Source of the DNA: Caecitellus pseudoparvulus
Taxonomy: Eukaryota > Protista > Bigyra: Bicosoecida
Assembly (NCBI GenBank): GCA_965644315.1
Contig: CBFFRQ010000067.1
Coordinates: forward strand, 62,001 to 126,000
DNA: 64,000 bases
Direction: 5' to 3'
The notes below the pieces were generated by a model, which saw nothing but the letters and a program-made list of their open reading frames with translations, ran no database searches and was not told where the DNA came from. Both the position numbers and the translations under genes were made by a program. Shown piece after piece: positions 45,801-56,710 of this stretch (within the stretch, counting starts at the first letter, position 1; each line of letters opens with the position of its first letter).

Positions 45801-47571
45801 GAAGGGCCGCTGCTGGTTGTGTTTTTTGCAGTCCAGCTCTTGAGATCCTCAAGACCGAGCCAGAGCGGGTACATACAGTCCTTCCCAGCTTCCTTGAAGA
45901 ACTCGCCCGCATGGACAAGCCACCCGAAGTTGTCGGCCAGGGTGGTGAGGGTGACCTGGTCGGTGCTGAGAATGTCCTGGATGAAGTCCTCGTCGGTGAC
46001 GCCAGCCTTGCGCAGGTGCGAGTCTGCAGCCTCCCTTCCCTCCATCGCGAGAAGCAGCAAGGCGCGAAGAGGAACTCCCATGTTCACGACACCACAGGAC
46101 TGGATTCTTTGGTTGAACCAGGCAGAGCGAGCGGCATGCTCGAGATCTTCCTTGAAGTACCGCCTGCGGAAGTCACCCACGTCGTCCGGGAGGAGCTTCT
46201 TGCACAAAGGGCCTGAGTCCCTTCTCGCAAGCTTTGCCACTGAAGTGGAGCACAAGTCTGTCACAATCTTCAGCCGGTCCTTGGCGTCGGGTTCCTTCTC
46301 AATGATGTGGAAGACTGTGCGCATGATGCCACTGCCTTCCAAGATTGACCACTCCTCACTTGGCGTGTGTTCCTGTGCATCAGGAGCGTGGCATTCGGAA
46401 GACCTGACAGAACAGCACCCTTCTCCTCATGCAACATAACGAGTCAGTCGTACCTTGCAAATCTTCAGGGCTGAGTCCTCTGTCTCCCGGAAGTGGTGTG
46501 GCTCGCGAAGCACCGCCAGCACCTTCCGCTGAACCTGCAGTGCTCGGGCTTCTTTCTCACGACGTTCGGGGTCGTCAATTTCGTCGAGCTGCTCGTCTTC
46601 CTCCGCAGCTACCATGGCAGACTTGTGCGCTTCATGGAGGTGCTTTGCTAAGTGACTGTCCCACACTTTACAGTCTGGGAGCCTTGCCTCGATGCCCAGG
46701 GTGTGCAGCAACTCGCCATTCTCAGCCAAGGCCAAGGAGTCGTCCAGAGGCAAGGCGGCAAGCGAGGCAATGAGGTTTGTCATCATGTCTGGCGTACAGA
46801 AAGGGTAGCGCAGGTCCCGCTCGACCTGAGCAATGAAGCCACTGAGCACAAAGCCTCGCACTGTCGTAACGTTCGGCGGAGTCTGTGTGGGCGCGGAAAC
46901 AGCGACTCAGCGTCTTGTGCCGTGCACATGGACAAAGTGCAGAGAGGCAAACACACGCTTAGCGTCTTGAGAGCGTTCAGTGCCGTCTGGAGTGAGGGGC
47001 GTTCTGGATCGATCCACTCCAACCCTTCCAGGAGTTTCGCCTGCGCATTCTCGTCCAGTTGAGACCACCAAGGCAGCGTCGGCAGCACGTCACTGGCAGT
47101 GACGGGTGACTCCCGCACAGCGTCAGGCTCGGTGGACGCGAAGCGCGCGGGCTGCGTGGCATGGGCGGCAGGCCACACCACCGCCCCGCTGATGGTGCGC
47201 AGGGCATATTCCGCAGTGACTCCGGGGCAGCCACAGGTGGCCCGCCACACCCGTGCTGGGAGGCGTCGGAGCACGGATGCTGCGGTGTGCATGGTTGGGG
47301 TGTTGTGGCTGGTGTCAGGCGGGCGGTCAGTGCGGGCGTGCGGGGGCAGGGGTGTGGTGGTGCTGGTCAGGTGCCTGGCGGTCAGGGCGGTGCAGTACCG
47401 CCGGGCGAGGGCGTGGCGCGTGTGGATGTGAGGCAGTGCGGCAGGCTGGACCAGCACAGGTGTGCTGTGTATGCGTGAGGGTGTGTGGTGGTAATTGTGA
47501 AGTGCGGGCGTGTGGGAGTGCGAGTGGTGGCGTGGGGTCGGGCCAATGTTTGCGTGCCGCGAATGATGCAG
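42851..47571. repeat. Direct repeat copy 1 (about 4.7 kb) of the tandem segmental duplication
   Basis: Begins CGCTCCTGCAGCTCTTGAC and ends GCCGCGAATGATGCAG. It is colinear with 49719-54471 at an offset of about 6.87-6.90 kb. Confidence 0.95.
43292..47292 (-). CDS. Paralog A: presequence-like leader + helical domain + P-loop NTPase + degenerate REase-like domain (Crinkler/RHS-like), about 1281 aa
   Basis: Exons 47292-46957, 46882-46454 and 46372-43292, with phase-0 GT-AG introns of 74 and 81 nt. Walker A LTGPRGVGKS, Walker B LIIDDAD, RYVSEIA, and PGLDFLVF. Confidence 0.8.
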
Positions 47572-48080
47572 GGTGCACAGGTGCGATGGGGCTTGGTGGG
47601 AGTGTCACGATGCGATGGTGGAGACGTGTGAGGTGTACGGAGAGTGTCATGACTATGGTGTGGGGAGCGGTACGAAGGCTCCTTGGGCCTGTGGCTTTAG
47701 TCCCTGGCTGTCAGGGTGGGTGTGGCCGCGGTGCAGCGTGCCAGGGTCAGGGCCACAGCGGCATGTGCTGCATTGGATGCGAATGTGCGTGGGCAGGGTC
47801 CACGCCAGCGATTGGTATCAGGTTGTGTGCTGACTTGGCACTCCGCCTGGTGTTTGCAGCACACCGGGTCCGCAGAAGTGGAGAGTGGGCCGAGCCGTTG
47901 CTGCTGTGGAAAGTCGGCGACGTGGGGGTTGAGTTGGATTGCGTGTGTACATGCCGGGAGTGGGTTGTGAGTGGGTCCGGCGCCATTCTGGTCCGGTTGG
48001 GAGCCAGGCAAGCGTGACAGAGCGTTCGCCATTGGTGATCGCAGGGAATGATGGAACTTGAGTGGTGGCTTGGGCAGAGG

Positions 48081-49284
48081 CTAAGCAAAATAACGCTCCG
48101 CATCATACTGAACGTTACGAATACCGACATGAAGAGTGTGCGCTACTTTTTCAGGTGTTTTGTCTGGTACAAGCTCTTTGAATAATGCTGTGTAGTTTAT
48201 GGTTGCTAGCTGGTGGACAGTCATTGAGCTGAGTCTCGACACAATCCTAACCCGTTCGTTAGCCGTTGCTTCGCTTTCCAGCATCTTCAGTGAAGTCTCA
48301 ATGATGCCACATTCTCGCATGATCGCCCAGCCCTCCCAGTATGCAGCTTCCTGCAAATGACGAGTACAACCCCGCGCAAGTTCATCAGCTTCAGGCTCTC
48401 ACACAAAACCACCAGCTCACAATTCACTCACCCTGCATGCCTCCAGTGCAGCCTCGTTGGCCTCGGCCTTCTCTGCTGCCAAACGACGCGCTGCTTCCTC
48501 CTGCTGTTGCTGCTCAAGCACTCGAGCGTCACGCTCCAGCTGGTGCTTTAGCAGGACTTTGTTAAGCTCGACTTCTGCCTGTCGATGCATGTCCACATAC
48601 GTGCTCGCTCGGCGTAGGTACTCTGGCAGGTCTTCGGCCCAAGCCTCTGTCACCTGCATCGTCATCTTTGCTGGGAGTTGCTGGAGGAGTTGGCCACGTT
48701 GAGCAAGCCTCATGGACGCTTCGATGGGGGTCGCGAACAGGAATGCAAGCAAATGTGACTTGATCTCATCTCTGCATGGCTCAGCTTGACTGATGCCAGC
48801 ATCAAGGTATCCGACGAAGCCGCTGAGCACCAACCCGTGCACCAAGCTGACGTCTGGAGGAGCCTGTGAAGCCGTGGGGGCAGCAAGGCTTTGGGTGCAC
48901 GGCGGCCCTGCACAGGCTCAGCCCTCTGGCTGGCCGACGCACAGACATGACTTTGAATGCTTCCAGGACACATGTGACGCCATACTCTCCTTCACTCTGC
49001 TCTACCTCCTGCATGACCTGCAGCAGCTTCGCCCGCTTCCGGCTGCCAGCCTTGGACCACCAAGGCAGCGTCGGCAGCACGTCACTGGCAGTGACGGGTG
49101 ACTCCCGCACAGTGTCAGGCTCGGTGGACGCGAAGCGCGCGGGCTGCGTGGCATGGGCGGCAGGCCACACCAACGCCCCGCTGATGGTGCGCAGGGCATA
49201 TTCCGCAGTGACTCCAGGGCAGCCACAGGTGGCCCGCCACACCCGTGCTTGGAGGCGTCGGAGCACAGACGATGCGGTGTGCAT
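48081..49284 (-). CDS. Paralog B: short form with the leader and a diverged helical domain only, about 347 aa, no NTPase
   Basis: Exons 49284-48943, 48863-48432 and 48350-48081, with phase-0 introns of 79 nt (GTGCGT..CAG) and 81 nt (GTGAGT..CAG) at the same positions as in A and C. APPDVSLVHGLVLSGFV aligns to TPPNVTTVRGFVLSGFI, and WAIMRECGII aligns to WSILEGSGIM. Confidence 0.75.
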
Positions 49285-49667
49285 GGTTGGGGTGTTGTGG
49301 CTGGCGTCAGGCGGGCGGTCAGTGCGGGCGTGCGGGGGCAGGCGTGTGGTGGTGCTGCCAAGAGGCCTGGCGGTCAGGGCAGTGCAGTGCAATGCAGTGC
49401 AGTACCGCCGGGCGAGGGCGTGGCGCGTGCGTGCGAGGCAGTGCGGGCCGTGCCGGGGCCGGAGAGGCTTGGTGCTGATTGTGGTGTCAGGTGGTGTGGT
49501 GAATGGTGGTAATTGTGAAGTGCGGGCGTGTGGTGGGGTCAGTGGTGGCGTGGGGTCGGGCCAATGTTTGCGTGCCGCGAATGATGCAGGGTGCACAGGT
49601 GCAATGGGGCTGGGTGGCAGTGTCGCGATGCGATGGTGGAGACGTGTGAGGTGTACGGAGAGTGTCA
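49055..49667. repeat. Third copy of the upstream region plus leader-coding segment
   Basis: Highly similar to 47063-47649 and about 53956-54471. Similarity stops abruptly at the LPWWS codons. Confidence 0.9.
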
Positions 49668-49718
49668 AAGTGACGGTGTTGGGAGTGTCGTGCCGGCATC
49701 ATTGCAGGTGCAGCATCG

Positions 49719-52700
49719 CGCTCCTGCAGCTCTTGACGGGCGCTGCGCTGTCGGGCTTCGAGGCAAAGGGAGGAGTAGACTTTGCATGTACTGCATTCAC
49801 GCACTTCAGACATCGCTCAACTGCTTGGCTGATGGAGCCGTGGGCAGATAAGGAAGGCACACAAGCAGCTTGCCTGCGGGACGCACTCTGACAGCCCGCG
49901 AAACTGAACGTGCGGCGCCTGACGCACAGGTCCACCCCAATCCAGCACTGATGATCGCTGTATGCATTTGGAGAGGCATGACCGAGCTCCATTGTCGCCT
50001 TCCGTTGTCTTCCGGGTCCACAGGAGGCCCAACCTGAAGTGAGCACAACTTGTGGCACTTACTCCGAGGCACAGCCTCGGCAACGCAGCGCCATCCCTGC
50101 GAGGAATGCCACGACCCTCCTTCCCACCGAGGCACAGCATGACCTGTTCCACTTGCTTCAGTCCAGCGGATCCAGTAGCTGTGGCATCTTCTTGTCGAGT
50201 GACCGCATCTCGGGGGGGAAAAGTCCCGTTCCGAACACGCCAAAGCAGCCGGGAACATCAACTTGCTCTGGTTTCAGGCAAAAGTGATGCTTTTCATGAG
50301 GCGAGTAGTGAACGAAGAAGAGCTCAACGTCGCCGACATCGGAGATGAGCTGTGTCAGGGGCAGGTCCGGTTCCACTCCTTCTGCTGCTCGCTGTGGCCT
50401 GAGCAGGCGCCAAGTGTCAGCGTGAACGCGAGACCGCTGATCTGGAGCCAGCAGTCTTGGTTCCATGATGATCTTCTCGAACCCTTCCTCATCGTCGCAC
50501 TTGACCCTGCAGTTGAGGTCGATGGGCACACCGAAGGCCCACAGGATGGCATTCGCAAGTGTGGTTGTGTCCCTGCCGATGGTCGTCGAGTCCCGAATCG
50601 TCACTTCCTTGTCACCAAGCTCTGATGCGTAGTTCAGGGGGCAAGCAAGTGCAGTGATGCTGTGCAGGTTTCTGGGGATGCCCCTGCTCCATGTTTCCGG
50701 GCATCCAGGCTCAACGTTGAGGTGTCTGGCGTCCCACGTGGGCTCTGGCGCCCGCTGGCGTGGCGGTGGTGGGAAGGGCAGCACGAACGCGACCTGCAGC
50801 TTCGCGGGGCACGCCTGGCTTTCTTCATCTTCAGGGCGCCTGAACACGACGAAGTCCAGGCCTGGTATGATGTGCCGTGTGTTCACCCTGTATACCTCCC
50901 CAGGGTTCAGGTGCTGCACACCACCCACATAATCAGCTGATAGGCCCTTGCCCTGGAGTGCCTGTGGGGCATAGTAACGCAGGGCAGGTTTGAGGCTTGA
51001 CTTGTCCGAGTAGCTGCACAGGAGTTTGTTTGGCTTCCTGCTTGGCGTGGTTGACATGTGTGTGTACTCTGATCCAAACATGCCCAGCTCGACAAGGGCA
51101 GCAACTGTGTCTTCATACTCTGCACCGTGGCTATCAAGGTTCAGAACGTCTTCAAGGACGTTGTCCCAACCTTGACGCACTTGCCCATTGACATGCTTGC
51201 CCGCAACCGTACCGTGCAGTCTCGCGAGCGCCCTCACAAATGCATGTGTGGCAGTGTGGGACACAAACCTGTGCTTGCCATCCACCGTGATCCGATGGCG
51301 TTCGTCCCGTGTGATCAGGGAGGAAGCAGACATGCAGCGTGGGAGGATGAAGGCAGCAGATGAGTAGCTTGAGAGTGGCAAGGAGCGCTCCCTGCCCACT
51401 GGTCGCAGGTTTCCATTCAGGGCACTGCATAGCTCACGGAAGCACCGCTGCTCCATCTCGTCTCGAATGCCTCTCCACACGGACACGGCTCTGTACGAGA
51501 AGGACACGTCGTGCACAAAATCTTCGTAGTCCATGCGACTGCTGGCTAGCTGTTGTCTGAGCTCCTTGCTCAGTCGGGGAGCTGCACTTCCCAGAGACGC
51601 AACAAAGCTGCGGAACGTGTCCATGCTGGGGGACCAGTCCAGCCCTTTCAAAGCGAACGCTGGCAGCTGCAAGTCGCAGTCAACACCTGCGGGTAGGTCT
51701 GCTGCAGTTGCGATCTCCTGAGTGGGAGCTGGGGTGTCGCCGAGCTCGGTCTGACCGAGCATCAGCATGTGTGCGAGTTTCGGACTGACGCCCTTCAGCT
51801 CAACGAAGGCGTTTTCTTTCTCCAAACCGTACTGATGGTGTAGCATCATCCTCACATGATCGGCCTTTCTCCGGTCATGTGTGGCAGCGTGGAAGTCAGG
51901 GGCGTAGGCAAAGACCCTGCTCGAGTTGAGACCACAGCGGAAGAACCACCGGAGAGTTTTCCACCATTCCTGATGCTGCTTGGGTTCGTTCCCAAGCAGA
52001 GTATGCAAGACGTCGGCATCGTCGATGAGAACACCATTGGGCAAGTATTCTCCTTGCGCGTCTCCAGCGCGCTTGAGGAAAGCAGATTCACGGTAGATCA
52101 GTCGGTCGAGGGCCTCATGTGCTTCTGCGCCTTCCAGGTCGATGGACGCAATGTCGTGGCATACCTTGGGACTCCGCACGGCAGGCCCACAGGAGAGTGA
52201 CAAGCCGCCGTGCATGAGTCTGGATGGGAGGGTGTCGAAGTCCTGGTCGGTCGGTGCAAGCACTCTGGAGCGTGGTAGGTACATGACGTCGCCGCCTGCT
52301 CCGATGCTGATGATCATCGCCAGAGTTTGGAGCAGTGCAGACTTGCCCACGCCACGTGGGCCAGTCAACAGTGTGCCTTGCTCGTAGCCAAGGCAGGAAT
52401 GTGCCACTTTGGTGAGCATGTCGGCCCGGTCTTGTGTGAGCACGAAGGTTGTCATGCGCAGCTGTCCACGGTAGCAGGAGCCATCCAACTCAGTGCGGAG
52501 ACCGTACGTTGTTGGGCGCAGTCCTCGCACAGACAGGTCACCAAAGGGAAGGGAGGTCAGCAGAGGCTTGCCGCGAATGGGTGAAAAGAGGTCGGTGTTC
52601 CACGTGGGCAGCCGGAGCACGACAGCTTGAACCCGACCGTCAACATGCACAGGGTAGCACCCTGTGCTCCATGCATGTTCTTGTTTGCCATCTGAAGGGC

Positions 52701-54471
52701 CGCTGCTGGCTGTGCTCTTCGCAGTCCAACTCTTGACCTTCTGAAGACCAAGCCAGGACTGGTGCCCGTATCCCTTCCCAGCTTCCTTGAAGAACTCGCC
52801 CGCATTGACAAGCCACCCGAAGTTGTCGGCCAGGGTGGTGAGGGTGTCCTGGTCGGTGCTGAGAATGTCCTGGATGAAGCCCTCGTCGGTGACGCCAGCC
52901 TTGCGCAGGTGCGAGTCTGCAGCCTCCCTTCCCTCCATCGCGAGAAGCAGCAGGGCGCGAAGAGGAACTCCCATGTTCACGACACCATGGGACTGGACTA
53001 GTAGGTTGAATGATGCAGAGCAAGTGGCATGCTCGAGGCCCTTCTTGAAGTACCACTTGTGGAAGTCACCCACGTCGTCCGGGAGGAGCTTCTTGCACAA
53101 AGCGCCAGAGTCGCTTCCCGCAAGCATTCCCACTGAAGTGGAGCACAAGTCTGTCACAATCTTCAGCCGGTCCTTGGCGTCGGGATCCTTCTTGGTGATG
53201 TGGAATACTGTGCGCATGATGCCACTGCCTTCCAAGATTGACCACTCCTCACTTGGCGTGTGTTCCTGTGCATCAGGAGCGTGGCATTCGGAAGACCTAA
53301 CAGAACAGCACCCTCCATCTTACGCAACGTAACGAGTCAGTCGTACCTTGCAAATCTTCAGGGCTGAGTCCTCTGTCTCCCGGAAGTGGTGTGGCTCGCG
53401 AAGCACCGCCAGCACCTTCCGCTGAACCTGCAGTGCTCGGGCTTCTTTCTCACGACGTTCGGGGTCGTCAATTTCGTCGAGCTGCTCGTCTTCCTCTGCA
53501 GCTACCATGGCAGACTTGTGCGCTTCATGGAGGTGCTTTGCTAAGTGACTGTCCCACACTTTACAGTCTGGGAGCCTTGCCTCGATGCCCAGGGTGTGCA
53601 GCAACTCGCCATTCTCAGCCAAGGCTAAGGAGTCGTCCAGAGGCAAGGCGGCAAGCGAGGCAATGAGGTTTGCCATCATGTCTGGTGTATGGAAAGGGTA
53701 GGACAGGTCCCGCTCGACCTGAGCAATGAAGCCACTGAGCACAAAGCCTCGCACTGTCGTAACGTTCGGCGGAGTCTGTGTGAACGCGGAAACAGCGACT
53801 CAACGTCTAATGCCATGTATATGCACAGAGTGCAGAGAGGCAAACACACGCTTAGCGTCTTGAGAGCGTTTAGTGCTGTCTGGAGTGAGGGGCGGTCTGG
53901 ATCAATCCACTCCAACCCTTCCAGGAGTTTCGCCTGCTGATTTTTGTCCAGTTGAGACCACCAAAGCAGCGTCGGCAGCACGTCACTGGCAGTGACGGGT
54001 GACTCCCGCACAGCGTCAGGCTCGGTGGACGCGAAGCGCGCGGGCTGTGTGGCATGGGCGGCAGGCCACACCACCGCCCCGCTGATGGTGCGCAGGGCAT
54101 ATTCCGCAGTGACTCCGGGGCAGCCACAGGTGGCCCGCCACACCCGTGCTGGGAGGCGTCGGAGCACGGATGCTGCGGTGTGCATGGTTGGGGTGTTGTG
54201 GCTGGCGTCAGGCGGGCGGTCAGTGCGGGCGTGCGGGGGCAGGCGTGTGGTGGTGCTGCTCAGGTGCCTGGCGGTGCAGTGCAGTGCAGTGCCGTCGGGC
54301 GAGGGCGAGGGCTTGGCGCGTGTGGATGTGAGGCAGTGCGGCAGGCTGGACCAGCACAGGTGTGCTGTGTATGCGTGAGGGTGTGTGGTGGTGGTTGTGA
54401 AGTGCGGGTGTGTGTTGCTGCGAGTGGTGGCGTGGGGTCGGGCCAATGTTTGCGTGCCGCGAATGATGCAG
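49719..54471. repeat. Direct repeat copy 2 (about 4.75 kb) of the tandem segmental duplication
   Basis: Colinear with 42851-47571. Confidence 0.95.
50158..54185 (-). CDS. Paralog C: presequence-like leader + helical domain + P-loop NTPase + degenerate REase-like domain, about 1290 aa
   Basis: Exons 54185-53850, 53775-53347 and 53265-50158, with introns of 74 and 81 nt. Walker A LTGPRGVGKS, Walker B VLIDDAD, RFVSHTA, GAEYEDTVAAL, and PGLDFVVF. Confidence 0.8.
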
Positions 54472-54780
54472 AGTGATGAGGTGCAGTGGGTCTTCTGGTC
54501 AAGCAGCAAAGTCACAGGTGTGTGCGTTAGTCATAGGAATTGCAGTAAACATGTTGTCTCAACAAACAGCGTCGTTGCTCGCCGCCAGTGATCCTACCAA
54601 CAGTGGCTGGTGTTCGGAACAAGATGCTTCCAGCACACTGTGTCTTCGCGCAAGACAGACGTGAGGGTTCCGTCGGGGGACCAAGAAAAAACTTTCACAG
54701 TTCAGTCGCAAAGAGCTCATTCAGGTTCTCGCCAGAAAGTGCGTGCCTTTGCTACCTCATACGCCCCGCGTGAGGAAGGC

Positions 54781-56142
54781 TCAGCCCAGTGCTGCAGCTC
54801 TGAAGTACATGATTCGAGCACGACCCTGCCGAGTGCTGGTGCCGTTCCAAACCGCATCCTTTGCTGCTCGTGCGGCAGTGTTCCCTGCTTGAAGCCTGGC
54901 TCGTAGAGGGGCAGCCCGAGGCCCCGCCAGGGCAAGCAGCTCCCGCACAATGCCGACGTGTCCGTTCTTCACTGCAGATCGAAGGCCAGCGTCGGGCCCT
55001 TGTCTGTCCGGGGCATGCACGTCCACTTCACGGGAATCGTTCAATGCAAGTAAGTCGCACACGACCTGGAAATGCCCGTTGCGGCAAGCCCACCGGAACG
55101 CAAACTCCGGGCCAGCTCTGTCGCCGGCATGTACATCGACAGCCTGTTCGCTCGTCAACGCAAGAAGCTCTCGCACAACTTCGACGTGGCCGTGACGGCA
55201 GGCTGTCTTGAAGGCAGCCTCGGACCCGGTCACGTCGCCCACGTGGACATTCACTGCATGGCCATGCGCTGACGCAAGGATGAGGCGCAGTACCCCCACG
55301 TGCCCAAACTCACACGCGCCAAGGAATCCAGACTCCAGGACGCCGGCACTGCCTGTGCCGCTCCCCACCTGTCGATTGCCTTCAAGACTTAGCAACGCAG
55401 CCACCACGCCCACGTGCCCTCCTGCACACGCTGCCCGGAAGGCGGATCCATCGTCTGTCCACACGTCAATTGTTCGGTCGCCATCTAGGCTCAGCAGCTC
55501 CCGCACGATCGCCGCATGCCCTTCAACACAGGCCCGCCTGAAGCTGGCCTCAGGCCCAGTCTGATCACCTGCATGCACGTCCACTGCTCGCTCACCCGTC
55601 AGTGCCAGCAGCTCGCGCACGACATGCAAGTGTCCATGGCGGCAGGCTCGACGAAGCGCTGCTTCGGGCCCATCCCAGTCCTCCGCGTGGACGTGAACAG
55701 CACGGCTCCCACTCAGTGCGAGTAGCTCACGTACCACTTCCACGTGGCCGTTCTGGCAGGCCCATCTCAGAGCGGCAGCAGGCCCAACGGCACTGCCCAC
55801 ATTCACGTCGATGGCTCGCTCCCCGGTCAGGTCTAGCAGCTCGCGCACGACTGTCACGTGGCCTGCTTTACATGCTGCCCTGAAACCAGCTTCAGGACCA
55901 ACAGCGTCTGTAACGTGTACATCCACTGCGGCCGCCCCTGTCAGGGCCAGTAGAGCACGCACCAGATCTGTGTGGCCAGAGGCACATGCGACGAGAAAGC
56001 CAGCACTTGTGTCGGCCGACGTCAGGGTGTGCAGGTCACACCCAGACGTCTGCATGATTCCGTTGAGGATATCCATTAGACGTGGTGCATCCTGGGTGCG
56101 GCAGGCGGCTTTCCACTGCCGCGCGTAGGCGCTGGGGTCCAT
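54781..56142 (-). CDS. Ankyrin-repeat protein with about 10 atypical 38-aa repeats
   Basis: Repeats of A(A/G)FR.AC..GH..VVRELLAL.G.RAVDVH.GD..GPE. Likely start MDPSAY at 56142. Confidence 0.9.
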   Translation of the reverse strand: MDPSAYARQWKAACRTQDAPRLMDILNGIMQTSGCDLHTLTSADTSAGFLVACASGHTDLVRALLALTGAAAVDVHVTDAVGPEAGFRAACKAGHVTVVRELLDLTGERAIDVNVGSAVGPAAALRWACQNGHVEVVRELLALSGSRAVHVHAEDWDGPEAALRRACRHGHLHVVRELLALTGERAVDVHAGDQTGPEASFRRACVEGHAAIVRELLSLDGDRTIDVWTDDGSAFRAACAGGHVGVVAALLSLEGNRQVGSGTGSAGVLESGFLGACEFGHVGVLRLILASAHGHAVNVHVGDVTGSEAAFKTACRHGHVEVVRELLALTSEQAVDVHAGDRAGPEFAFRWACRNGHFQVVCDLLALNDSREVDVHAPDRQGPDAGLRSAVKNGHVGIVRELLALAGPRAAPLRARLQAGNTAARAAKDAVWNGTSTRQGRARIMYFRAAALG

Positions 56143-56710
56143 ACTTGTTGCTATGGCGTGGTGAAGGCCAGATTCCGCAGCCCCCCCTCGTAGTGCTGCC
56201 CGATTTGCGGGCAGGCGTTCAACTCCCGACACGCACAGTACCATGAAACTGACCCCTCTATGGCGCGTCATACATCGGTTGTTTCATCGGTTTGGTTTTG
56301 ATCCCTCATTGAAGCCGGGAGCCAAATAAAGTTTGCAAGGTCATTTCACCCCAGAGCCGACCTCTTGCAGCACCCAAGGGAGGCAACCAAGGTACGTACG
56401 CGCACCTCCCTTTATGGAAGAAGGATGCTACACCGTCACACCATGAAAGGCGGGCGGAGGGCCTTGGTTTTTAGGATAGGATACTCGCTTCCGCGCCTGC
56501 TGGATGCTCAGTCTTCATGATCCCCGCCGAAGTCACACTGTATCGATTGAACCAAAACCTAACATTTAACAAAGGATAATACGTTTCTTGAATGCTCTCT
56601 GCAGCACGCTTGTGGCTCATCGTAAGGCAAGTCAGGGTGCAGGGGCAGGCACTGCTTGGCTGGGTGTGCTGCAATTTCCGCGCTATCCGGTGGCTGGGCG
56701 TTGAGCCACC

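Noticed and set aside
46427-46861. 144-aa ORFs (also 53320-53754 and 48417-48845) as separate small genes in an operon-like layout
   Set aside because: They are bounded by GT-AG splice sites that join them in frame to the neighbouring ORFs, so they are exon 2 of each paralog.
48081-49284. Paralog B as a decayed pseudogene
   Set aside because: All three exons are open and in phase with canonical splice sites despite heavy amino-acid divergence, and I saw no NTPase remnant downstream.
42851-54471. Duplicated units as a transposon, LTR element or endogenous virus
   Set aside because: I saw no terminal inverted repeats, target-site duplication, transposase, RT, integrase or capsid motifs. The genes have host-type introns, so tandem duplication explains the pattern.
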